Virus record (IMG/VR): IMGVR_UViG_3300040985_000160
Location: 1-24,767 of that record
Strand: one strand, 5' to 3'
Source of the DNA: a virus
Lineage: Duplodnaviria > Caudoviricetes
Length of the DNA stretch: 24,767 nt
Shown here: positions 15,164 through 24,767 of the stretch, piece after piece
How the letters are laid out: every line of letters starts with the position of its first letter
Numbering within the stretch: position 1 is the stretch's first letter
Translations under genes and position numbers: made by a program
The notes under the pieces: model-generated
The model's database searches: none
What the model was told of the DNA's origin: nothing
The model's input: the letters and a program-made list of their open reading frames with translations, nothing else

Positions 15164-16759
15164 TTAAACGTACCAATCTTCACTCTCTAAACTATCTGAA
15201 TCATATACTAAAAGAAAGTGGACATCCATTGAATGTGCAGAAGACCAATACAAGTATGCGGCATCTTCAGAAATATCAACGCCTATACCGAATCTGTTCA
15301 CGTTCATAAGCGATGCGTGTCCTTTTATAGAATCGTTGGCTGTGCCTGTATCTGGGGTGTAATCAGGCATAAATCCATCGTTTGAGTTTTCGTTAGACTT
15401 GAGCCAAGAATTGCAGCCGACATGGTAGATAGGGTAGGCGGTGTATGTAGTGCCAGGCAAGCCAGCATAGGCGGTTGCAGGGACTGTGTGTGCGGAGGTG
15501 TAGCACTGCATAAAAACCATTTGGGGCATAATTACGTTGTCGTCATCGTCTTTTAACGTGTTTGTTAAAGTCCACTCTGTCTGTGGATGTATATGTTGAA
15601 CACTATTTCCTAAATGGGTTCCATCATTATTCCCGAATGTGGTTCCTCCTGATTCCCAAAGGTTAGTCACCGTTAAAGTCTTACCTTCTATTCTAGGGCT
15701 AAAAGTAGGCCCGTCCGTTGTGGCGGCAACCATTCTTAAATTTTGAGCGTTTTCGCTTCGCACCACCGCTGGTTCTACTGGTTGCTCATACTTGTATGAA
15801 GCCTCAAAGCCAGCCACGGGATCTTCTGGTGGAGACCAAGTAGTATGTTTTAATCGAATAACTTCACCTACATTTGCTTCTTCTGTTGGAGTATCGAGCA
15901 TCTCTCTAAACTGTCGCCATACCGCCCACTTGGCAGTGCCTTCTCCCTCTACGCTGCTTCCATCTGGAGTCCCAGTTCCATAACTATATACTGAGCGTAA
16001 ACCATCGTTTGGTGTTGCTTCTATCCACCGAGGAAGAGTCCACTCTACAAAAGGTGCGCTGCCATAACCAGAAACGGGACTAAGTACATGCTGTTGGGTA
16101 GTCCCAGAGGTAGAGGGCAACCCCAACCTGCTTGCCCAAGCAACAGCAGGAGTGCTTGGTGCTAGACCTGATGGAGTTAAGAGTTTTCCTACATCCGAAG
16201 CACCACCAGAACCAGGTATTGAAAGTGATGCCGATGTTCCCATATTATCTAAAACACCTTTGGTTAATATATCATCGTTTAATATTGGTGTCCTGAGATT
16301 TGTAATTTTCCTGTTTTGAGCAGTGTAGGCAGAAGGATCTAGCCTGTTTCTTGTCAACTGTGTAGAAAAACAGTCCGTTACTCTGTCGCAAGATATTTCA
16401 AACTGTTCGGCTGGAATTGCCACTGTATCACTGTAATCATAGTTTTGTATAGAAGTGTCTTCTTTGTATATATGCAAAATATCTGTGGTTGCTACATTAT
16501 ATATTATCCACCCATATTCTGTTCTTTGACTGTTGCCGTCTATTTCACTTGAAGATGTGCTTCCCGAAACTAACGCTGTAGCCATTTGTATCACATCATA
16601 ATGTGTACTTATTGTTTTTACCGTAGCCGTTCCATTTGCGTCAATAGTCTCAACTTTAAGCGCATCTGTATGTCTAAATGAAAATGGAACAGGGAATGTG
16701 TCGCCAACAACACCAGTGCCTTTGTACTTTACGCTGTATTGTTCAGATTCAACTGTCAT
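15164..16759 (-). CDS. Tail fibre protein 2 (likely start ATG 16759 in an ATGA overlap; track start 16777)
   Basis: YKGTGVVGDTFPVPFSF...LKV...THYDV adaptor, FEISCDRVT, neck motif KITNLRTPILNDDILTK and DVGKLL..W repeats. Confidence 0.75.
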   Translation of the reverse strand: MTVESEQYSVKYKGTGVVGDTFPVPFSFRHTDALKVETIDANGTATVKTISTHYDVIQMATALVSGSTSSSEIDGNSQRTEYGWIIYNVATTDILHIYKEDTSIQNYDYSDTVAIPAEQFEISCDRVTDCFSTQLTRNRLDPSAYTAQNRKITNLRTPILNDDILTKGVLDNMGTSASLSIPGSGGASDVGKLLTPSGLAPSTPAVAWASRLGLPSTSGTTQQHVLSPVSGYGSAPFVEWTLPRWIEATPNDGLRSVYSYGTGTPDGSSVEGEGTAKWAVWRQFREMLDTPTEEANVGEVIRLKHTTWSPPEDPVAGFEASYKYEQPVEPAVVRSENAQNLRMVAATTDGPTFSPRIEGKTLTVTNLWESGGTTFGNNDGTHLGNSVQHIHPQTEWTLTNTLKDDDDNVIMPQMVFMQCYTSAHTVPATAYAGLPGTTYTAYPIYHVGCNSWLKSNENSNDGFMPDYTPDTGTANDSIKGHASLMNVNRFGIGVDISEDAAYLYWSSAHSMDVHFLLVYDSDSLESEDWYV

Positions 16760-18174
16760 GATTTTTGTTGATACCATAAAACTTGAATTTTTATAGTAAC
16801 GCTTTCTGGGTGTTTAATAAACCTATAGGAGCCAGTACCTGCGAGAGGATATGGCAAATTAGAAGTTTCGTGCAACAAGGACGAGGCCGCAAATGTTACC
16901 GTATCCGCAGTAACAGAAATTATATTTATTACCCAAGAGAATCCTATGTTCAATGTCATTCCAGTTTCCCAGTATGCGTCCCCGTGTTCTCCAATATACC
17001 ACCGTTCGGGAGTATGTCCAGATGCATTTCCGTGGTTAGGTATTTCGTGATGAAAGGATTCTATAAATGGTTGTGCTGCCGTAGTTCCGTAGGGATTAGG
17101 AAATGTACCAACAAAAACGGGGTGGTCACATTGGTCGCCTAGTCCACTATAGTAATTCTCCACAGTTGAATCTACTGGTCTTTTGTTGCACACAATGCTG
17201 TGTTCTTCTATAGAAAAAGAACGACCAAATTCTGTTTTATTTGTGGCGGCTGCCCATCCTGTTTCTTTAGATGTTAGTCTTTGGCTTTTTTTGTTAGGAA
17301 GTAACGGTTCTGCCGCTATATAATCTCTAACCGTAGACACCCTAGCACCAGAATGCGTAGCCACCGAATATACCCTGCCTGAAGTGGCGGTAGCGGAATC
17401 TGCAAAGGTTGTTAGGTATTCGTTAGGGGTTACCCATGTTGCCTGGCCGTCTATATCCATAAGCAGCTTTCCATCGTCTGCTGCATTTACTATTGTAGCC
17501 ATGTTGTCTATCTCTACCCACCCAGCAACTGTGTAGTATAAATACTCTTTGCCTTTAGGGTTGTGCGTTCCTACAAACGGCTCCCATGTAGACCCCAAAC
17601 TATTTGCGGTTATCCATTGACCAACATCGGCAGAAACAATACTAGGAGGGGTGGTTCCGCCACCCACAGCCGTATCTACCTGAGATTTAGTGACCGCATC
17701 AGCAGAAGCCGTGCCATCAGCCACATTATTTATCCTGTCTTTATAAAACGCCTCTGGATCATATTCGTATCCAGCCGTCCAATCGCTTGGCTTTCTAGGG
17801 TCAATTGGAATTGCTTGCTGATTTTTCATCATTAACTTGTCAAAGGACTGTTCGTAAGTTAAATATGTTGCGTTTCGATTTCCTGTCTTGAACTCATCGT
17901 CTTGCACTCTTAACATGTGCCTTTGTACACGCAAGTGCGATTTACTAGAGCCTTCAGTCGTGCCAATATATTGGAGTGTGCCAACCGATCCAGAAACGCT
18001 TATGTCGTAATTTACCCCCCGCTGTAGTTTTGTTAGCACACCAGTTGTATAGTCTACTTGCCACACCCACACATCATCTGCGTCATAAACAGGAATATCT
18101 AAAACCCAACTTGGGTTGACCACAAGATTGTAAGTGGTAATTTTTTGTATTGTAACGGGGGTGGTGAATGACAT
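16756..18174 (-). CDS. Tail fibre protein 1
   Basis: Adaptor with LQRGVNYDISV...RVQR...YEQSFDKLMMKNQQ, neck motif RINNVADGTASADAVTKSQVD and a DDGKLL..W repeat. Confidence 0.78.
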   Translation of the reverse strand: MSFTTPVTIQKITTYNLVVNPSWVLDIPVYDADDVWVWQVDYTTGVLTKLQRGVNYDISVSGSVGTLQYIGTTEGSSKSHLRVQRHMLRVQDDEFKTGNRNATYLTYEQSFDKLMMKNQQAIPIDPRKPSDWTAGYEYDPEAFYKDRINNVADGTASADAVTKSQVDTAVGGGTTPPSIVSADVGQWITANSLGSTWEPFVGTHNPKGKEYLYYTVAGWVEIDNMATIVNAADDGKLLMDIDGQATWVTPNEYLTTFADSATATSGRVYSVATHSGARVSTVRDYIAAEPLLPNKKSQRLTSKETGWAAATNKTEFGRSFSIEEHSIVCNKRPVDSTVENYYSGLGDQCDHPVFVGTFPNPYGTTAAQPFIESFHHEIPNHGNASGHTPERWYIGEHGDAYWETGMTLNIGFSWVINIISVTADTVTFAASSLLHETSNLPYPLAGTGSYRFIKHPESVTIKIQVLWYQQKS

Positions 18175-21100
18175 TATCTGCTACCACCCATGATATTGCC
18201 CCTGTCCCGAATATCTTGGTCAACGTGCGTTTGTACTTCTTTCCACACGCTGTTAGGAACATTGAACCACGATTGAGGGGTTTTGAACACAATGCCAGAC
18301 GCTGGTTTTAGTATGCTTATTGTCCTTTTAACCCAATCTTCAGTAGAACTATTCCCTTTTGCTCCAAGTATAGAATTGGTAGCGTTAAACATCTGAATTA
18401 CAGTTTGCATGTATGGCGATTGAGCAGGAACTCCCCCATACGTCTCTCTCCCTGACATTGTACCTACAAGACTTTCTACTGTATCGCCCAAAGGATTCAT
18501 CCCAAGCACCTGACCTGTTAGTTGTAGACTAGATTTCTCTGCTATATTTAAAAAGAAATCGCCCAAGTCCCTGTCTTGCTCTTCTGTTAGACCAATCAAC
18601 CCTGCCATTTCTGCCCCACCTTGGCTTACACTCTCTTTTACACCAGTTCTTATGAGTGGGATTAAAGCAGAACCATAGACAGTCAGCTTTGCACCGTAAG
18701 ATAGATGGTGAAGTGCGCCACTTACATTTCCTTCTTTTAACGACCTGCTAAATCGCATAAATGCCCTGCGTTGTTGTGCAACTAATTTTGCTGTGTAACC
18801 CTTGTACATTGTGTACAAAGAAATCCAAGGGTTGTCTTTTGCTCTGTTTACTATTGCTGGTTGATGCAAGGGTGCATACGAAGGCTGCGTTTCGATTAGG
18901 TTTGCCTCAAACTCTTCTCGTAGCCACTCATCAAACACTTCTTCATTACCAGCCCTAGATTTGCCTCTTGCTTCCCATCTTTTTTCTAGTTGTATTTCTG
19001 TTGCTCTAAATAGCGACAACACAGCAAAGTTATCCACCATTTCGATAGGTCTCATTCCTGCATTAACAGTTCTTTCGTATGATCCTTTGATGCCGCCTTG
19101 AGCAGTGCTTTTGACCCTTACACCGCCAAGTACAGCGTTTCCTTGCATTGCTTGATTTGTTTCACCCGAAGCAAGAGAAACTGCATTTCCTGTTGTTAGT
19201 CTCTCATAAAGCAAACCACTTGTTGTTGTGCCTCGTTCTTTTAATGCAGCCCAGTATTCTGAACCACCTGTAGAAACTTCGTACATAGCCTGAAGGATTG
19301 CTCTCTTACCGCCCGTTCCCATGTGTCCACTCGCTGATATAAGCGAAAGTGCTTGGTATACAGGTATCGCTGGGTTAAACGAAAGACCCGAAGTTACTAG
19401 GTTATTTCTTACTGTTCTAACCCAACTGTCTATTGGATCTCGTCTTTCAATAAACCCTCTTTCTGCTTTAAGTTGAGCCTCATAAAATCTTTCGTTCATT
19501 TGCTTCAAGAGTCTGTTAGCAAGACGACCTGCACCTTTTTTCTCTGCACCTAATCTTGTTGCTGTTTTTGCTGTAGTCGCATGTCCTAGTATATTTTGCG
19601 CCCTAGTTATACTTTCGTCAAAGTGTCTAAGGTTACTAACTGCTCTAATCCATGAGTTTACTGTAAATTGACCATCTCCAACTACAATGTCGTGCTTTGC
19701 CGTTGTGGTTCGTTCAGATATTGCGCTCTTGCTTATTTTAGGCCCACTCGTATCTAGCCCAAGCGCAGACTCCATCACATCAAAAAGATTAGTAAATGAA
19801 CCTTCTTCTAATTCGCCAAAGTCTTCTGCCAACCTACGAACCCTTGGAAAGAAAGAGTCACCCAGTTCTCTGGACTCAATCATGTCGATACCTTTTATCC
19901 TAAACCCAGCGTGACGTACCATTTCTGTTGGGGCTTCTGTATTAACATAATCAACTAAAGCGTTGCCCACCCTATAAGCAGCAGAGTTTTTGTCTTTTTC
20001 TACTTGAACCATTTCAGCGATTAACTCGCCCATGTTTCTTCCGGTGTTTTCTTCTGTAAGAGATTGCTTCCTACCTCTGAACCTTAGCCCAGCACCTTCT
20101 ATCCAAAGATTTGCAGTTGAACCATCTCTCGACTGTGCAACAAGTCCAACCATTTCACCTGCGCTAATGGCAACTACCGTGCCATCTTTTAGTTTTAGAG
20201 TTTGCACTGGCTCAAATTTCTTGTTTCCGTGGTGGTTTTTGGCTTGGCTTTCCGAGACATCCTTCAAATCTTTTTCGGTTACTTTCCACTTACTATCTGG
20301 TGCCTTAAAATAATCTCGTAGACCTTTTTGGAGTTGAGATTCTGCAAGTCTTGCTCTAGCGTGTGCTTTAACTACTTCAGTTACTAGGTAGCGATACCCA
20401 ACACCACTATTACCGCCCGTCAAAAACTCTACTCCATCTGCTAGTCTACCGTTTGTAGCCATTCCCCAACCAATCGCTTTGACAAAATCTACAAAGCCCT
20501 CAGTCACGCTCGGTTTTCCGTCTACTCTTTCAAATCCTGGCTCTGCATTCTCAAAACCTAAAGTTTCGTATATCTCTCTGTTCAGAGCCTCTGCACCTAA
20601 CTCTACTCTTGCTTGCTCTCTAGCAATCTCTACTTGCCTTCTACTGGTGTGCTTGTCGTGTACGCCTTCTAGCCAACTACTCAAGGCTACAGTATCCTCA
20701 AAGTTAAGATCGCCTTCTTTTGATAAAATTTCTTCAATAACTGAACGCTCATATTCAGCTTCTTTTTGAAGTCTTTCAGAGGTGTGTTCTGTTTTTATGG
20801 CTTCGGTGTATTCATACAAAGCACGAACTCTTTCTTTAACGGTACTCCCAGGCTGTATCGCTTCAATCAGTTTGTCTCCTACACTTCCTCGGTCAGCCTT
20901 GTTTCTTTTCATTGCGGCTACGCCTCTTTTTTGAGCCGTTGCAAACAAAGCATCCTGAATTGCATTATGCACTTCTTGTATTTTTCCCTCTAGGGAAGCC
21001 TTGTCTCCAGTAATTTCCTTAGAAGTATAACGCTTCGCCGTCTCTTGAATTTTCTTTACTTTTTCTATGAGTTTTTTGTCTACACCTGCTTCTTTTAATT

Positions 21101-23441
21101 CTACAAGTATTTTTTTAATGTATTCATTCCACGATTTTCGCAATGCAGTTGCACCCGCTTTATCAGAAAGTCGCATTTTTCTCTGCAAAGCCTTGGCAGC
21201 ACTTGCAGCCCGTTTAGCAAATCCCAACGCTTTAGCTTTTGTTTTTTCTAGTTCTCTTTCAACTAAGGCTTCCTCTCTTGTTCTTAGAGCCTCTTTGCGT
21301 TCCGCAGGAGTCAAACTTTTTTGGCTAGCAATTTCTGCCCGTGAAGCAATATGCTCGTCTTTTATCAACCTTGCTAACTGGCCTGGTTTTTTACCTGCCC
21401 ATTCGGGATTATCTTTTCTCAGCTGTTCAGCAAGAGCGTCTCTTTCTGCAATGTCTTCTTTTGAAGCCCTTTTGGTTCTTCTTAGCACGGTTGCGGCAGA
21501 CTCATTGTCGTATTCCCTTTTGCCTACTTTTGTAATTCTAGGGGAAGCCATTTTGCCTTTTGTAGGTGACGTACCTCTAACAGTAGCAATTAGGATTTCA
21601 GAAGTTCTTAAAGCCTCTTTGTAACCATCTAACTGTCTAGTCTGTTCAGTTGAGCGACCGCCTTTTTCGGCTTCTAGTTTTTCTATTTTGTTACGCAACG
21701 CTAGAACTGATTCACCAGTTACATCGTTTACGGCTTCCCAAGCTGCTTCTAGTGGATCTACTTCTAATTCTTTGCCGTGGATTTGTTCCGCTTCTTCGGG
21801 TGTAAGTTTTGTGTCAGCCTCGGTTCGCCTTTGGATTCTTTCTTCTACTACTCTCTCATTTGTAGAAATGCGTTCTTCAGCCTCAATAACTCTACCTCTA
21901 GCAGGTTCACCAACTGTGCCTTCTTTTCCAGAGTCTGCGACAGCCACTGTGGGTTTAGCACTAGCTGTATCTTTTGGAACGACCTCATTTATCCAATTTG
22001 AAAACTCGTTATGAAGAGGGGTTTGCTCTTTAGCAGACATTTCATTCCAGATTTCCTGGTCTTTTTCCATTGCTTCATTTATTTCTCTTTCTGACTTCCC
22101 GCCCTTTTTCCCTTCTACAATTGTGCGCCACATTCTTATTAGTGGGTTAGCCTCTCTTGTGCCTGTTGCAGTGTTCGCTAAATTCTTCAGTAACAATTCG
22201 CCTTCCTCTGCGGATATATTTTCCATTTTTTTAGCAAGGCTTCTAAGGGCAGATGTGTGTTTTACTGTAGCGTTTGTAAACATCCTAGAGTTTCTGCCAG
22301 GAAGACCGAGTATACCGTCTCTGCCTAACATAGGCATAGCGATAAACAAAGCACCTTCTTGTGCTGCATGGTTTAGTACGCCCAGCATATTTTCAACTGA
22401 AAATTCGTATTGTTCCGCTATATTGTCGCCTTCAAAGAAATGTTGATATGTCGCATTTAGACCGTACTCTACTTCTCTAAGTACAATAACTGAGCCTTCG
22501 ATTTTCATTGCACCTTTAAGCACATTCATAAAGCCAGCTGTATCGCCCCACTTTAGTTTTGTCCCTAAAGTAGCAAGTGTTTCTGGCATTTTCTTTCCCA
22601 AGAGGGTCTTTAATCCAAAGTTCATCTGCTTGCCGAAAACGTGACCCGCTTTGAATGCAGCAGTAGTTGCAGCAAAGTTTAACCACGCAGCCGTAATGCC
22701 CTGCTCCACACTTCCTGTTTGGCGGTACACCTCATGCCCTATAGTATTTGCGTACCCAGCGGTCAGCGAAAGTATACCAGCCAAAGGTGAGCCTGTTGTT
22801 ACCGTACTTATTGCACCCATTGCAACAAACGGGACTACTCCAGCAACTACTCCATTTATGTATTTATTGCTTGACCTAACCCAGCCAACACGACCTTCCA
22901 TTTCTCTTTCTCGTTTTGCTATTTGACCTTGATACCACTCATCTCTATCTTTTAATCCTCTAAGGCTTTTGTCATCGAAGTAACCATCTAGTCCAGTACC
23001 CATTCCTAAATACTCTTCCATTCCCCAATCTATGAGTTGTATGCTTTTGAATAAAGTATTTTGTATGTTCGTGCTTGCTCTTTTTAATTGTATACCCGCA
23101 TTTGCCCATTGATCGGGTATGTCGCCCGTCCAGAAGCCTTGTTGCGGAGGTAAGTTTTCTACAAGACTTGTACTAAATTCTCCCAAATTTCTGTCACGCT
23201 GTGCTTGGTGTACCCAGTTTTCACTAAGAGGTACTCCACGGGCAGATAGTTTTCGAGAAAAGTTACTCAACTCTAAATCTACCATTCGGTCATCCTTTGG
23301 AATCCGTGCCAATCTATCCGCAGTCTCCAAAACACGAACAGGCAATACGTCATCTTCTGCATAGCCTAAAACACTCTTCATCGAAGAAATCTGTTCTTCT
23401 GGGCTTAACAAAAGATAAGGATGTTGGTCGTTTGTTGCCAT
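18174..23441 (-). CDS. Very large internal virion/ejection protein (T7 gp16-like position, 1755 aa)
   Basis: Size, helical and charged composition, Gly/Ala-rich hydrophobic segments near aa 195-265, and position directly before the fibre genes. No catalytic motif recognised. Confidence 0.65.
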   Translation of the reverse strand: MATNDQHPYLLLSPEEQISSMKSVLGYAEDDVLPVRVLETADRLARIPKDDRMVDLELSNFSRKLSARGVPLSENWVHQAQRDRNLGEFSTSLVENLPPQQGFWTGDIPDQWANAGIQLKRASTNIQNTLFKSIQLIDWGMEEYLGMGTGLDGYFDDKSLRGLKDRDEWYQGQIAKREREMEGRVGWVRSSNKYINGVVAGVVPFVAMGAISTVTTGSPLAGILSLTAGYANTIGHEVYRQTGSVEQGITAAWLNFAATTAAFKAGHVFGKQMNFGLKTLLGKKMPETLATLGTKLKWGDTAGFMNVLKGAMKIEGSVIVLREVEYGLNATYQHFFEGDNIAEQYEFSVENMLGVLNHAAQEGALFIAMPMLGRDGILGLPGRNSRMFTNATVKHTSALRSLAKKMENISAEEGELLLKNLANTATGTREANPLIRMWRTIVEGKKGGKSEREINEAMEKDQEIWNEMSAKEQTPLHNEFSNWINEVVPKDTASAKPTVAVADSGKEGTVGEPARGRVIEAEERISTNERVVEERIQRRTEADTKLTPEEAEQIHGKELEVDPLEAAWEAVNDVTGESVLALRNKIEKLEAEKGGRSTEQTRQLDGYKEALRTSEILIATVRGTSPTKGKMASPRITKVGKREYDNESAATVLRRTKRASKEDIAERDALAEQLRKDNPEWAGKKPGQLARLIKDEHIASRAEIASQKSLTPAERKEALRTREEALVERELEKTKAKALGFAKRAASAAKALQRKMRLSDKAGATALRKSWNEYIKKILVELKEAGVDKKLIEKVKKIQETAKRYTSKEITGDKASLEGKIQEVHNAIQDALFATAQKRGVAAMKRNKADRGSVGDKLIEAIQPGSTVKERVRALYEYTEAIKTEHTSERLQKEAEYERSVIEEILSKEGDLNFEDTVALSSWLEGVHDKHTSRRQVEIAREQARVELGAEALNREIYETLGFENAEPGFERVDGKPSVTEGFVDFVKAIGWGMATNGRLADGVEFLTGGNSGVGYRYLVTEVVKAHARARLAESQLQKGLRDYFKAPDSKWKVTEKDLKDVSESQAKNHHGNKKFEPVQTLKLKDGTVVAISAGEMVGLVAQSRDGSTANLWIEGAGLRFRGRKQSLTEENTGRNMGELIAEMVQVEKDKNSAAYRVGNALVDYVNTEAPTEMVRHAGFRIKGIDMIESRELGDSFFPRVRRLAEDFGELEEGSFTNLFDVMESALGLDTSGPKISKSAISERTTTAKHDIVVGDGQFTVNSWIRAVSNLRHFDESITRAQNILGHATTAKTATRLGAEKKGAGRLANRLLKQMNERFYEAQLKAERGFIERRDPIDSWVRTVRNNLVTSGLSFNPAIPVYQALSLISASGHMGTGGKRAILQAMYEVSTGGSEYWAALKERGTTTSGLLYERLTTGNAVSLASGETNQAMQGNAVLGGVRVKSTAQGGIKGSYERTVNAGMRPIEMVDNFAVLSLFRATEIQLEKRWEARGKSRAGNEEVFDEWLREEFEANLIETQPSYAPLHQPAIVNRAKDNPWISLYTMYKGYTAKLVAQQRRAFMRFSRSLKEGNVSGALHHLSYGAKLTVYGSALIPLIRTGVKESVSQGGAEMAGLIGLTEEQDRDLGDFFLNIAEKSSLQLTGQVLGMNPLGDTVESLVGTMSGRETYGGVPAQSPYMQTVIQMFNATNSILGAKGNSSTEDWVKRTISILKPASGIVFKTPQSWFNVPNSVWKEVQTHVDQDIRDRGNIMGGSR

Positions 23442-24767
23442 TATTGTGTTCCTGGTTGAGACACAAGGTTTAACCCAACGCTTATCGCCTCATTTTCAGT
23501 AATTATATTTTTTCGATATGTGGTATTGTAGTTTGAGGATAGATCTTCTTGCAGCAGCATCAGTTCTTTAAGCAGACTTGCTGTATCACTTGGTACTCCA
23601 GGCGTAACTCCTGCACTTAAAACCGTGGGGTCAACAGAAACTACGCCTGTATAACTGGTCACCCCTTTAATATTAGCAGGTAGAACTCCATCGTCTGTAA
23701 CTTCAAAAAGTAAGTAACCTGCTGTTATACCACCACGATTGTATGGGATTGCCATTAAGTCTGCGTTTACCCCCGAAGTTAAATCAGAACCTTCGCCCAT
23801 TGGTATAACAAAAGTGTTTGTCATATCAATCAATGTTTCGTCCGTCTTGTCTGCATCTAGTACGAATTGCGCTGCTTTATATATTACACCGCCACCCGTT
23901 GTTTTATCTTCTGGTTCTTTTAAATGCCCCATGAAAAAAGGATGACCAACGGTTGCTGTTCGCAAATCCTTAACTGGGCTAATGGGTCTGGTGTTTGCTT
24001 CATCTCTTACATGACCTATTTGTTCAGGTGAGAATCCGTCCAAAGCATTTAAGGAAATCGAATTGCTATTACCTACATAATTGAACTGAATACCTGAACC
24101 GTTTTTTCTGAGTGTGTATGCGTCTACAAACTCAGAAGTATCCATATAGTCTTTGACTTCTTCAGGGCTACCCGCACCAGTACCAAACTTTTCAAAAAGC
24201 AAAATGCCAACTACATGTGCGTTTTGTTCTACTTCAGTGTCTGTAAATACAGTTCCGTCATCTGGTCGACCGTTAAGTGCGTCTATCCTTTTAAGAGCAT
24301 AATTGCCCAAAAGAGCCTCAGGTGAATTTGGGTCTGTGAATGTTGCCTTAAACCAATTTACAGCTTTTTCTGACCAGTGAGATATACCACCAAGGTTGCC
24401 TGGGTCTTCATTTAATAAGCCTACTAAATGCGCCTGTGCGGTTGGTGAACCGTGCTTCATAATGTTAGCCAAAGTTGCAAGAGATGACTTCTCTTTGTAA
24501 GAGTCAAAAACAGAATCGCCAAACAGTGTATTTATATGGTCTGCATTTTTCTCTGACCATGACGAGGCTAACTCAAACACCCCTGCATAGTCACCCGCTT
24601 CTAGCCTGTTTTTCACAAGGTCGGAATGTACTGTAAAGATGTCCCCGTTGTCAGCGGTTCGTTTTAATATCTCAAAGGCGAGGGGTTCTGTGTTTGGGTG
24701 GGCTAATAAATCGGTTATTTTCTTGTTCAAAATTGTTTTTGCTGGGTTAGTCAAGGCTACAGTAGAA
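23441..24767 (-). CDS. Probable internal virion protein, 5'-truncated by the window edge
   Basis: The frame stays open upstream of TTG 24754 to the window end. Its stop overlaps the next ATG (TAATG). Function is assigned by position only. Confidence 0.55.
   Translation of the reverse strand, partial: STVALTNPAKTILNKKITDLLAHPNTEPLAFEILKRTADNGDIFTVHSDLVKNRLEAGDYAGVFELASSWSEKNADHINTLFGDSVFDSYKEKSSLATLANIMKHGSPTAQAHLVGLLNEDPGNLGGISHWSEKAVNWFKATFTDPNSPEALLGNYALKRIDALNGRPDDGTVFTDTEVEQNAHVVGILLFEKFGTGAGSPEEVKDYMDTSEFVDAYTLRKNGSGIQFNYVGNSNSISLNALDGFSPEQIGHVRDEANTRPISPVKDLRTATVGHPFFMGHLKEPEDKTTGGGVIYKAAQFVLDADKTDETLIDMTNTFVIPMGEGSDLTSGVNADLMAIPYNRGGITAGYLLFEVTDDGVLPANIKGVTSYTGVVSVDPTVLSAGVTPGVPSDTASLLKELMLLQEDLSSNYNTTYRKNIITENEAISVGLNLVSQPGTQ

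Noticed and set aside
13210-18174. Diversity-generating retroelement or invertible fibre cassette (suggested by the BPP-1-like head genes)
   Set aside because: No reverse transcriptase, TR/VR repeat pair, recombinase or inverted recombination sites are visible in the window.
19687-23364. Numerous 64-185 aa + strand ORFs rich in S, L and F
   Set aside because: These are shadow ORFs of the E/K/A-rich 1755-aa gene on the opposite strand.
1-24767. Stop-codon reassignment as an explanation of the split MTase
   Set aside because: All long genes are intact under code 11 and TGA ends several coupled genes. Readthrough of TGA 2739 would not reach motif X, which is in another frame.
1-24767. CRISPR array, tRNA genes, T7-type phage promoters, introns or inteins
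   Set aside because: No spaced direct repeats, cloverleaf or repeated promoter consensus were seen. Intergenic space is minimal, and the helicase, TerL and portal have ordinary lengths.

Overview
This 24.8-kb window is a fragment of a tailed dsDNA bacteriophage with podovirus-type morphogenesis genes (T7/BPP-1-like portal, P22-like large terminase). It uses the standard genetic code and is very densely packed, with many TAATG/ATGA overlaps. It has two convergent arms. The + arm (1-7121) encodes an SF2 helicase, a C5 DNA methyltransferase locus, an SSB, a Zn-finger/TOPRIM primase and a RusA-like resolvase, followed unexpectedly by the capsid scaffolding protein and a probable small terminase. 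The - arm (24767-7219) encodes two large internal virion proteins, three paralogous tail fibres, TerL, two gp7.3-like proteins, an HNH nuclease, the portal, a Bbp19-like protein, three small membrane proteins and a metallophosphoesterase. The most striking signal is the methyltransferase locus (2107-3120). Motifs I-VIII, IX and X lie in three different overlapping forward frames, with one register switch confined to 2714-2738 beside an AGGAGG and a UGA. It is either a three-polypeptide or recoded version of the M.EcoHK31I-type overlapping-gene enzyme, or a frameshift mutation or assembly error. CCGG and CGCG also appear strongly avoided. All family calls come from motif recognition by eye; no searches were run.
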